The notes beneath the pieces are model-generated. The model ran no database searches and was not told the DNA's origin. It worked only from the letters and a program-made list of their open reading frames with translations. A stretch of 64,000 bases of DNA from Ptychomitrium polyphyllum. Its lineage: Eukaryota. The DNA lies in NCBI GenBank assembly GCA_973851085.1, contig OZ316775.1:5642001-5706000 (forward strand). The letters run 5' to 3'. The translations under genes were made by a program, and so were the position numbers. Below, piece by piece: positions 33,007 through 44,327 of the stretch. Position 1 is the stretch's first letter, and the number at the start of each line of letters is the position of its first letter.

Positions 33007-36000
33007 TCTCACGGACAAAACAAATGCAATATAATCTTTAAAACCTCCTAGAATCTTTTAGTATATTATAATAACTTTTCGAACACTTTCAATGTTTCCA
33101 TAGATGTTTCTACTACCTACAAAAACTTCCTACAAAGCTTAGACCTATCTGAAAAGCTTCCTACAAAAACTCTACCTCTTTAAAGAACTTCTTAAGAAAA
33201 TTCAATATACTCCTAAAACATTCTTAAGCTTTGGAAGAAGCTTCGTTAGAAGTGTCCTAAGAGATACAAGCGTCATAGTATAAATAGGAGGCAAGATAAG
33301 ATATACCTTAATCTTGCCAACACTAGTCCTGGATCATATTGTATCTTGCCTTTGCTCTAGTCTTTGTATCAATTCTTGTTAATCATAAGCAATTATCCTC
33401 CTCTAAATTGATACCATAAATTGGTTTCTTCTTCAAAAAGAAAATATTACTTCTTTTGAAGAAGGATCAATCTTTTAAAGGCTGCGGTATACCTTCTTTT
33501 GAAGAAATTCATAGTCTTTTTGTCTTTGACAGTTTCAAATAATGAATAACGTACCTGAAACATCAGAGAATAGGTTTGCAATTATTGCAGACCTTCAAGA
33601 GTTATTAAACATAGTTCAAACGGAACTTGCTTGCTTCAATACCACCAACAATTTAGAACAGCACATTCGGCAAGCTGAAGAATCCAACGGCGATATTCAA
33701 AGCCTATATCAAAAGATGGTTTGATTGCAAGAGGCCAATATTGAAAGAGAAGGCTTACGTTAAAACCATGTTGAACCAAAGATTAATATGCCAAACAAGT
33801 TTGATGAATTAAAATCAAAGTTGAAAGGCTTTATTCAACAAGTAAGGCTCTTTCTTAATTTGCATCAATTTTGCTATCCTGATGGCACTACTCAAGTGGG
33901 ATTTGTAGCCACTTTTATATAAAACAATGCACTATTGTGGTTTGCACCATTAATGGAGAAGCGATTACCATCATTAAACACCTTAAATGCTTTCATGGAA
34001 GCGTTGACATCTACTTTTGGAAACACCAACCAAAAAAGGGTGGTTAAAACATGAATCTAGAATTTACAACAAGGACAGCGCTCGACTACTACATATACTA
34101 TAGAGTTTCAACAACTAGCTTGCGGCCTTAGTTGGAACAATAAGGCCTTGGTCACACAATTCCAATGGGGCCTAAAAAAAAATGTAAAGGACTTGCTATT
34201 TACAATGCCAAAGGTTGAAACATTGAAGAAATTCATCACTCAAGCAATAGCATGTGATAATAGACTATTTGAAAGGCGCCAAGAACAACGCTTGGAATGG
34301 CAACCAGTACATTAAGGTATGACAACCACTTTTTCAAAAAGATTGAAAAGCCAACCACAAGGACCAAAACCTATGCAAATTGATGCTACCCAATTTAGAT
34401 ATTTGACTCCAAAAGAAAAAAAAAATGTGCCAGAAAGGAAACCTATGTTTGTATTGTGGCAAGTTTAGACATAAAGTGTACAATTGTCAAATCAAGGGAT
34501 CTGCTTTTAAGGTTCAAAGCACAATGGCGGAGTTGGAAAACAAGGCTGTCCAATCACAGTAGGAACCATGCGACTAGACACTACAAAGAAACGACCATCA
34601 AATCAAGGTCTCTTACTACCTCCAACTCCTACTTCTTGCTTTATATTTCCTATCAAAATCAAATTGTTAGATGATGAAATAGCTAGTGAAGTTTTTTGGA
34701 TACTAGTGCAACGGCATGCTTCATAGACAAGGATTTTGCAACCAAACACCACATGGTGCTTGTGAATAAAAAACATCTTGCACTTGTTGAAATTATCAAT
34801 GGACAATTTTTTGCATCTAGCAAAATTATTGAAGAAATTCAATCCTTAAAGGTCGTTTTAGGAAACCAAGCATTTAAGACTGTCTTCAACATCATTCAAT
34901 GTCAAATAAATCTTATTGTCTTGGGCCTTCTTTAGTTTGAATTACATAATCCAGACATTGATTGGTGCTCACAAAATATAGTCTCAAAGAAAAGACGTCA
35001 AGGTATAAGAAATCTAAGACCATCATTTATTGGAACTAAGGCATTTATGAGAGCGGCAAAGGATAAACCAATCTATGCCATTTATGCTACGCTAATGTTT
35101 GATTCTATACTATAAACTAATCAAAGCGTACTTCATTAATACTAAGATTATAAAGATGTTTTAGGGAAAAAAAATGCAGACATATTATTAAAGTATCGGC
35201 CTTATAATTTTACCATCGAATTGCAAAAAAGAGCCCAACCACCTTTTGGACCTATTTATAACCTATCACAAATCAAGTTGACTGCCTTGAAAATTTATAT
35301 TGATGAAAATCTTAGAAAAGGCTTCATTCACCACTCTAAATCACCTACTAGAGCCTCCATTCTATTTATAAAGAAGAATGATGGATCATTACGTATGTGC
35401 ATGGATTATTGAGGCTTCAATAAAGTGACCAAGAAGAATTGCTATTCATTACCATTAATCTCATGACTCCTACAGCAACTTGGCCAAGCAAAGATATTCA
35501 TCAAAATTGATCTTAGAAGAGCCTACAATCTTATACGCATTAAAGAAAGAGACAAATGGAAGATAACTTTTTGATCCAAGTATGGCCATTTTGAGTACAA
35601 TGCCATGCCTTTTGGCCTTACTGAAGTCCTTACAGTCTTCTAATATATGATGAATGATATCTTCCATGAATATTTGGACAATTTTGTAGTCATTTATTTG
35701 AATGATATTTTGATATATTCAAAGGATGAACAAGACTACAAATGTTATGTGTGACTGGTTTTAGAAAAACTATGCTAGCAAGGATTATATGTCAAATTGG
35801 AGAAGTGCTTTTCCATGAACACTTGGTTGAATTTTACGCTACATCATCTCCAAAGGAGAAATCCATATGGATGAGAAGAAAATAAACACTATCATAGAGT
35901 GGGAATATGCCAAGATCAATTCGAGATGTTCAATGCTTCTTGGAATTTGCAAACTTCTATAGGATATTCATCAAAAATTATTCCAAGATTGCGGCACCAT

Positions 36001-36760
36001 TGACACAATTTACGGAGAAGCAAACATGTACTTGGAATGAAGAGGCGGAAACAGCATTTTAAGGTTACAAGAAGTTGTTCATCTTGGCTCCAATCTTTAT
36101 TCATCTAAATCCATCAAAGCCTTTCTGTTTGGAAGTGGACGCCTTGAATTTTGCGCTTGGCNNNNNNNNNNNNNNNNNNNNNNNNNNNNNNNNNNNNNNN
36201 NNNNNNNNNNNNNNNNNNNNNNNNNNNNNNNNNNNNNNNNNNNNNNNNNNNNNNNNNNNNNTCCAAGATTGCGGCACCATTGACACAATTTACGGAGAAG
36301 CAAACATGTACTTGGAATGAAGAGGCGGAAACAGCATTTTAAGGTTACAAGAAGTTGTTCATCTTGGCTCCAATCTTTATTCATCTAAATCCATCAAAGC
36401 CTTTCTGTTTGGAAGTGGACGCCTTGAATTTTGCGCTTGGCTCAGTGCTCTCACAATATGATGAAAGTGGGAGACTCCACCCTATTGCATTTTGTTCAAG
36501 GAAGTTCTCAGCGGCAGAGATTAACTATGATATATATGATAAGGAATCATTTGCAATTATGGATGCGTTTGAAGAATGGCGGCACTTGTTGGAAGGTGCT
36601 CAATATACCATCACAATATACATAGACTACAAGAACTTAGAGTACGTAATGAGTGCACGCGTTTTGAATTGCCGTAAAACAAGGTGGAGTATGACGCTTT
36701 TTAGATTTGATTTTGATAATACCTATCGACCTAGTAGTCTACAAATTTAGCTTAAATTTG
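33007..36760 (+). mobile_element. Degenerate Ty3/gypsy LTR retrotransposon (LTR, gag, protease, RT, RNase H), truncated before integrase
   Basis: LTR with TATAAATAGGAGGCAAGA; gag zinc-knuckle remnant near 34440-34490; protease-like DTSATACFID; RT PPFGPIYNLS..KKNDGSLRMCMDY and YLNDILIYS; RNase H LEVDALNFALG..NYDIYDKE. Many stops and frameshifts. Confidence 0.92.
36162..36261. other. 100-N assembly gap flanked by a 180-bp exact duplication (35982-36161 = 36262-36441)
   Basis: The sequence after the gap repeats the 180 bp before it, which looks like an unmerged contig overlap. Confidence 0.9.
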
Positions 36761-36766
36761 AAGAAT

Positions 36767-39700
36767 AGAAAGGCTTTGATGGATTTAGATGAATAAAGAT
36801 TGGAGCCAAGATGAACAACTTCTTGTAACCTTAAAATGCTGTTTCCGCCTCTTCATTCCAAGTACATGTTTGCTTCTCCGTAAATTGTGTCAATGGTGCC
36901 GCAATCTTGGAATAATTTTTGATGAATATCCTATAGAAGTTTGCAAATTCCAAGAAGCATTGAACATCTCGAATTGATCTTGGCATATTCCACTCTATGA
37001 TAGTGTTTATTTTCTTCTCATCCATATGGATTTCTCCTTTGGAGATGATGTAGCGTAAAAATTCAACCAAGTGTTCATGGAAAAGCACTTCTCCAATTTG
37101 ACATATAATCCTTGCTAGCATAGTTTTTCTAAAACCAGTCACACATAACATTTGTAGTCTTGTTCATCCTTTGAATATATCAAAATATCATTCAAATAAA
37201 TGACTACAAAATTGTCCAAATATTCATGGAAGATATCATTCATCATATATTAGAAGACTGTAAGGACTTCAGTAAGGCCAAAAGGCATGGCATTGTACTC
37301 AAAATGGCCATACTTGGATCAAAAAGTTATCTTCCATTTGTCTCTTTCTTTAATGCGTATAAGATTGTAGGCTCTTCTAAGATCAATTTTGATGAATATC
37401 TTTGCTTGGCCAAGTTGCTGTAGGAGTCATGAGATTAATGGTAATGAATAGCAATTCTTCTTGGTCACTTTATTGAAGCCTCAATAATCCATGCACATAC
37501 GTAATGATCCATCATTCTTCTTTATAAATAGAATGGAGGCTCTAGTAGGTGATTTAGAGTGGTGAATGAAGCCTTTTCTAAGATTTTCATCAATATAAAT
37601 TTTCAAGGCAGTCAACTTGATTTGTGATAGGTTATAAATAGGTCCAAAAGGTGGTTGGGCTCTTTTTTGCAATTCGATGGTAAAATTATAAGGCCGATAC
37701 TTTAATAATATGTCTGCATTTTTTTTCCCTAAAACATCTTTATAATCTTAGTATTAATGAAGTACGCTTTGATTAGTTTATAGTATAGAATCAAACATTA
37801 GCGTAGCATAAATGGCATAGATTGGTTTATCCTTTGCCGCTCTCATAAATGCCTTAGTTCCAATAAATGATGGTCTTAGATTTCTTATACCTTGACGTCT
37901 TTTCTTTGAGACTATATTTTGTGAGCACCAATCAATGTCTGGATTATGTAATTCAAACTAAAGAAGGCCCAAGACAATAAGATTTATTTGACATTGAATG
38001 ATGTTGAAGACAGTCTTAAATGCTTGGTTTCCTAAAACGACCTTTAAGGATTGAATTTCTTCAATAATTTTGCTAGATGCAAAAAATTGTCCATTGATAA
38101 TTTCAACAAGTGCAAGATGTTTTTTATTCACAAGCACCATGTGGTGTTTGGTTGCAAAATCCTTGTCTATGAAGCATGCCGTTGCACTAGTATCCAAAAA
38201 ACTTCACTAGCTATTTCATCATCTAACAATTTGATTTTGATAGGAAATATAAAGCAAGAAGTAGGAGTTGGAGGTAGTAAGAGACCTTGATTTGATGGTC
38301 GTTTCTTTGTAGTGTCTAGTCGCATGGTTCCTACTGTGATTGGACAGCCTTGTTTTCCAACTCCGCCATTGTGCTTTGAACCTTAAAAGCAGATCCCTTG
38401 ATTTGACAATTGTACACTTTATGTCTAAACTTGCCACAATACAAACATAGGTTTCCTTTCTGGCACATTTTTTTTTTCTTTTGGAGTCAAATATCTAAAT
38501 TGGGTAGCATCAATTTGCATAGGTTTTGGTCCTTGTGGTTGGCTTTTCAATCTTTTTGAAAAAGTGGTTGTCATACCTTAATGTACTGGTTGCCATTCCA
38601 AGCGTTGTTCTTGGCGCCTTTCAAATAGTCTATTATCACATGCTATTGCTTGAGTGATGAATTTCTTCAATGTTTCAACCTTTGGCATTGTAAATAGCAA
38701 GTCCTTTACATTTTTTTTTAGGCCCCATTGGAATTGTGTGACCAAGGCCTTATTGTTCCAACTAAGGCCGCAAGCTAGTTGTTGAAACTCTATAGTATAT
38801 GTAGTAGTCGAGCGCTGTCCTTGTTGTAAATTCTAGATTCATGTTTTAACCACCCTTTTTTGGTTGGTGTTTCCAAAAGTAGATGTCAACGCTTCCATGA
38901 AAGCATTTAAGGTGTTTAATGATGGTAATCGCTTCTCCATTAATGGTGCAAACCACAATAGTGCATTGTTTTATATAAAAGTGGCTACAAATCCCACTTG
39001 AGTAGTGCCATCAGGATAGCAAAATTGATGCAAATTAAGAAAGAGCCTTACTTGTTGAATAAAGCCTTTCAACTTTGATTTTAATTCATCAAACTTGTTT
39101 GGCATATTAATCTTTGGTTCAACATGGTTTTAACGTAAGCCTTCTCTTTCAATATTGGCCTCTTGCAATCAAACCATCTTTTGATATAGGCTTTGAATAT
39201 CGCCGTTGGATTCTTCAGCTTGCCGAATGTGCTGTTCTAAATTGTTGGTGGTATTGAAGCAAGCAAGTTCCGTTTGAACTATGTTTAATAACTCTTGAAG
39301 GTCTGCAATAATTGCAAACCTATTCTCTGATGTTTCAGGTACGTTATTCATTATTTGAAACTGTCAAAGACAAAAAGACTATGAATTTCTTCAAAAGAAG
39401 GTATACCGCAGCCTTTAAAAGATTGATCCTTCTTCAAAAGAAGTAATATTTTCTTTTTGAAGAAGAAACCAATTTATGGTATCAATTTAGAGGAGGATAA
39501 TTGCTTATGATTAACAAGAATTGATACAAAGACTAGAGCAAAGGCAAGATACAATATGATCCAGGACTAGTGTTGGCAAGATTAAGGTATATCTTATCTT
39601 GCCTCCTATTTATACTATGACGCTTGTATCTCTTAGGACACTTCTAACGAAGCTTCTTCCAAAGCTTAAGAATGGTTTAGGAATGTATAGAATCTTTGTG

Positions 39701-39928
39701 AGATGGTAGAATCTTTGTAAGAAGTTTCTAAGGAATTAAACCTTTCTTAGATGTTTCCGTAGTTGGGAGATTATTTTTAGAAAGTTTTGCCAAGATGTTT
39801 ATAAGAAGTATCCATAGAGGTTGAAAAGGCTATGGAGACATTGAAAGTATTCAACAAAGCTATTAATTTTTACTAGAAAATCTCTGGGAGATTCTAAGGA
39901 CTTTGTTGCATGATATATGGTTGTGACA
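36767..39928 (-). mobile_element. Inverted copy of the same gypsy element: 36767-39674 mirrors 33219-36126; 39675-39928 is a diverged LTR 5' part starting TGTCAC on the minus strand
   Basis: Mirror ORFs have identical translations and paired coordinates that sum to 72893 (33542/39351, 35221/37672, 35916/36977). Confidence 0.93.
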
Positions 39929-40540
39929 ATAGCACGGCGTCCATGGTTGCAAACAGCCATCAATTTGCTGCTTACTCCGATGCCACAATATGCCCGTATA
40001 AACATCCACATTTAATCCTAACCTCAATAGTGTTCAAAGTTTCTCCATGTTCTCTTTTATGTTCACATCCTTCAACAATTCTTATGATGACACTGCCTCT
40101 GATGAATCTTGCAACACCTCTACCAAATCCTTTAATATCTGCAATACAAAGAAAGCCTAATAGAAATCTCAACCCCAATAAATTTACTAACAATGACTTC
40201 ACAGTCAATGTTTTTGCAATAGCTATGGCATTCTTCACCATGACAGCGCCTCTTGTGCCTTTTTTTGTCTTTTCTTATGTGTGTGACCTACCATGTAGTC
40301 TCTCCTTTGTAATCGTTATTTTTCCATGTTCCATTCCACCAGCCTTGCAAGTAGAATTGATTTTTTTTCCCCCGTGAAAGTCATGGATTAAGTAAAACTA
40401 TGAAATTTGCAAGCTTAGTGGTACATGATACTTCCACAGCTTTACTTGGATACTAAAAGTTGAACGGATGCACTTGTTTTACCTAGAATAAAAATTGCTA
40501 GAAAATTGTAACTGCTTCCATAAATTCCTAAGTGCTATGT
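39929..40540 (+). repeat. Unclassified interspersed repeat, with an inverted homolog at ~53125-53740
   Basis: Collinear similarity, e.g. GATGCCACAATATGCCCG, AAACATCCACAT.TAATCCTAACCTCA, AAAACTATGAAATTTGCAAGCTTAGTGGT and AACTGCTTCCATAAATTCCTAAGTGC are found reverse-complemented in the 53 kb region. Confidence 0.85.
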
Positions 40541-41033
40541 GAATAATGTTGGACAATATAGTAAGAATTTCCTAAATACATGACTCACTATTTAACTTAT
40601 ACAAATTATATAACATTGTATATTTTTTCCAAAAGGATTCTTAGATTGTTACTACATTAACCTATGTAGTAGGATCTGTATGACCGTATATGGTAACGAA
40701 CATGCTTGATGTGGAATTTAGAATTAGCATTTCTGAGATGGATGTTCCATTCCCATAAGTGGTGAAATTGTGTAGTGTACTTGTTTGTCTATTGCCAGAA
40801 GTTAATCCGTCTTTATTTCTCATTCCTCGCACGCAGCTGCGAGGGTTTCACGGCTTATTGTGGTCGGGAGTGTTTTGCGTGTCAGGTGTATCGAACTCGC
40901 CTCGCGGTGCTGTGACGGTAATGAGGTAAGGCGAAGAGACTGTGTGCGTGCAAAATTGGTTAAGAGCTTGTGAGCAGTCATTTAGGCTGTTCGATTCGAG
41001 TTACTGAGCAGTTTGACTTCCGGTACTCTGGCT

Positions 41034-43264
41034 ATGGCGTCCTTGAGCTCGCGAGCTCTGTCGCAGTCCATTGAAGTTCCTCTGCCAAGTTCGAGAGTAG
41101 GCGCTTCTGGCAATGTGAGGCATGAGTGCGGAGGTCTGTGCCTGCGTAGTTCGTTCGTTTCTCGGTCAGCACGGGGCGCTTCACTGAAGCTTTCTTCAGT
41201 TGCGAGCTCGAAGGTTTCTCTAAACAAGATTTCTAGTGTTCGAGCAGCAGGTATAACATTCATTTCCTTGTCGTGATCGATACTCGTCGTTGTAATACCT
41301 TCCTTGTATTATTGGCATTTATTATCGATGCTTGCTATATGAGCTACGTTGAAGAACGCCAGTGTCTGAATAACGTCTGTGATTATAATTGCTTCGGTTC
41401 CTCGTTTGCAATGTGGTCAGCTACAACCTACTGTTCTGCCACAACAATAGTGATTTGGTATAGATCGCCAAGAAGCTTTGAGTTGTCAGAAATGTTCTCT
41501 TTACAGCGATTTTTCCGAATATGGCATGGTACAGAAAGGTGCAATGTCGACGTTACTAACCGATGACTGCACTGTGTGGCAGTGGGAGCCATCAATGTGG
41601 TAACCGAGCCAAAAACCTCTATTGAGTTTACGGAATCGCTCACCGTCCCTGATAGCACCACGAGGCTCTCGCTACTTGGAGTAGGTAAGTTACCTCTAAG
41701 CTCTGAACCAAGGAATTATTGCATAGATGTGGCTGGATTTTTTGGATTACTGCCCTTAAGTATGTAATAGACGAAGCCTTGCATTGCACAATTGTAGGCT
41801 TCTTAATCCACGGTCTGTATGCCAAGTTCTGAAATGATGACAAGTTCACAACACACAAACAGTGGATTTGTGAGGATGTATTTGAAATGATAAAAGAGTA
41901 GCATTATTTTCGCAGCCGATTTGTAACAGCAGCAAGTTTTTGCCCAAACTTGTAGACGATTGAAAGGACTCAATTTTAATGCATTATGCACTAGTACACC
42001 TTGTTTGGATCACCTCCTGCCTACTAGCACCACTTAGCTTCGGATATCATGGATACAGAGCATAATATGCATATATGGTGGCCCGTTGTGACTTCTGTTT
42101 TGATGTGCGCAGGGGTGAGATCAAAAAAGATTGTTTTTTTAGAAGTTAAGGTGTACGCTGTTGGTATATACTATGAAATTTCCGACGTAGCAGCTTCGTT
42201 GGCTTTTTTCAAAGGGACGCCAATAGATACTCTTGTTAAAGATGATGCGCTCTTCAAAAATCTGGCAGAAGGTCTGTATGTCGTTTCTGAGTATATTTCC
42301 TTATGTTTTTGCTTTTCCAATCGTGGAGTTTTAAAGTGAATCTCTTGATGGCGGCTACTAGCATATATCTCGTGCTTATTCGTGCAACGCTTACTGAACA
42401 CTTAAGTTCCTTTTGTAGGCACAGCAGTTGGACTTTAAGATGAGGTTCTACCTTACCTTATGGTGGCGCTTGTTGATCATTGTTGTAACATGAGCTCCAT
42501 GACTGTCTGATGTAATTCCATACTAACGTTCCCTAACCTGGAGTTAATTGTTGAGTGGCGCAGCTCCAGTGGAAAAGGCGCTACAGATTAAGCTAGCTCG
42601 GGATGTAGATGGCGCTACATTCTGGGGAGCTCTGGACGAGGCGTTGGTTCCACGACTGAAGGCCTCTGGTGCAGGTGCAGACGGGGACGTTGCATTAGAA
42701 GCGATTGGGAACGTTTTCAAGGATCGTTCGCTGAAACAAGGCTTCGTTATTACCCTCACTTGGGTTCAACCCTCAACTCTCAAGGTAGTGTGCCTACTGC
42801 AGGAACCTTTTATCTAAATGTGCATTTGCTTATCACAAGTGTTGCACAATGATGCAAGTCCTGGAGTTTCATGTTCCTCAACATTCTTAGAACTTGCCTA
42901 AAGGAAATTGTTTTCAGGGATAACTGTTCGGGTAACTGTTGCATGTCTGATCTAAAAGTCAGTATTTCTTATCTGTTTGCTTGATACAAACTAAAGAGTA
43001 CGACTTTGTAGCTTCGCATGGCGAAGTTTTATAATACGCTTCGACTTCCTACATCAAATACCTGACGTATCAGATGCACTTACAAAACATTACTGTCCCG
43101 TGCAGATTGCGGTAGCAGATTCTGCAGAGGCAAACCTAAAGACTGTATCATCGATTGAGTCCAAATCACTATTGTTGGCACTGTATGATGTGTTTCTGGG
43201 GCCGGATGCTGTTTCTCCCTCCGCCAAAGCAGCAGTTGTTGAGGGTATCACAAAGCTTCTATGA
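41034..43264 (+). CDS. FAP3: Chalcone-isomerase-fold fatty-acid-binding protein, FAP3-like, probably plastid-targeted; 285 aa; exons 41034-41250, 41583-41684, 42113-42271, 42564-42784, 43106-43264
   Basis: Ser/Arg-rich transit-like N-terminus; EPKTSIEF, LLGVGVRSKKIVFLEVKVYAVG, LARDVDGATFWGALDEALVPRL, ALYDVFLGPDAVSPSAK. GT-AG introns are in phase and the CDS totals 858 nt. Confidence 0.9.
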
Positions 43265-44213
43265 ATGTCAGTGGACTAAGTTTACGACTTATGCTGGAAA
43301 GTTATCTCTTGGGCCATACCTTCTTGGTTGGCGTTTGAAACATCATACCTTTTTGACGGAGCTGAAAACTATTGTGTAAAACTAACAGCAATGAATCCAC
43401 TCGAACATTGAGTTGTTCTCTCGGTACTATTGTCGCTCTGCAACAGATTCGAGACTATCTAGAAGTGTGAGTTGATGAGTGCTATAAATCAAATAATTGC
43501 ACACTTTATGAGTTGTAGCATTTTCTGATCATGCTACTGATTTAATCTTGAGATTCCAATCATGCTAATGGTAAACTTTGAGTAAAATGGGTTTTGTTCA
43601 GAAGAACGTCGTGCCAGTACTTAACCCTTTGAAGCCCAGGGGACCACTTTCTGGTTGCAATATTGAAAAGAGTGTTTATAACTCTAAATCTATAACAAAT
43701 TCGGATTTAAAGCACAAGGTTCAGCTTTTCTTTGATATCACATGTATAAATCACATAAATTGCACTCAATTTTGACTATTGTAGATTTTATGTATGGAAC
43801 ACTTGGAAAATTTGTAATAAACTATGTGTAAATGTAATTTATGAGTGTTGGATGTTGTTAAAACAACCATGAAATGTAGTATTCTTAAATCTCATTAGTT
43901 GTGTTATAAAAATTTGGTAAATCAACTATTTAATGTCAAAATGAGCAACCTTGTCAAAAATCACATATGAGGTTTACAAAATATGTTGTAAATATACATT
44001 ATAAAATTTCAAGTATAAATAATATTGTATTGACTACTTTATCATATTGTTAGATATTGTAGTTAAAGGTTTTATTTTTGACAAAATCAATCATTAAATA
44101 TGAACAATAAAATGCTTTTTCTTTTATGTATTTTAGGCTCCAAAGGATTACTAAACATATTTGTAAGATTAGAACTAACAATTTCAAGATTCAAGTTTCA
44201 ATCTTCATCCTCA

Positions 44214-44327
44214 TTCATCCTCATACAAGAGGCTAAAAATTTCAATCAATCCCATGCATTACATTATCGTTTCATCCTCATTCAAGAGGCTAAAAATTCC
44301 AATCATTCCCATGCATTACATTATTGT
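44214..44327. repeat. 57-bp tandem duplication
   Basis: TTCATCCTCAT.CAAGAGGCTAAAAATT.CAATCA.TCCCATGCATTACATTAT starts at 44214 and 44271. Confidence 0.9.
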
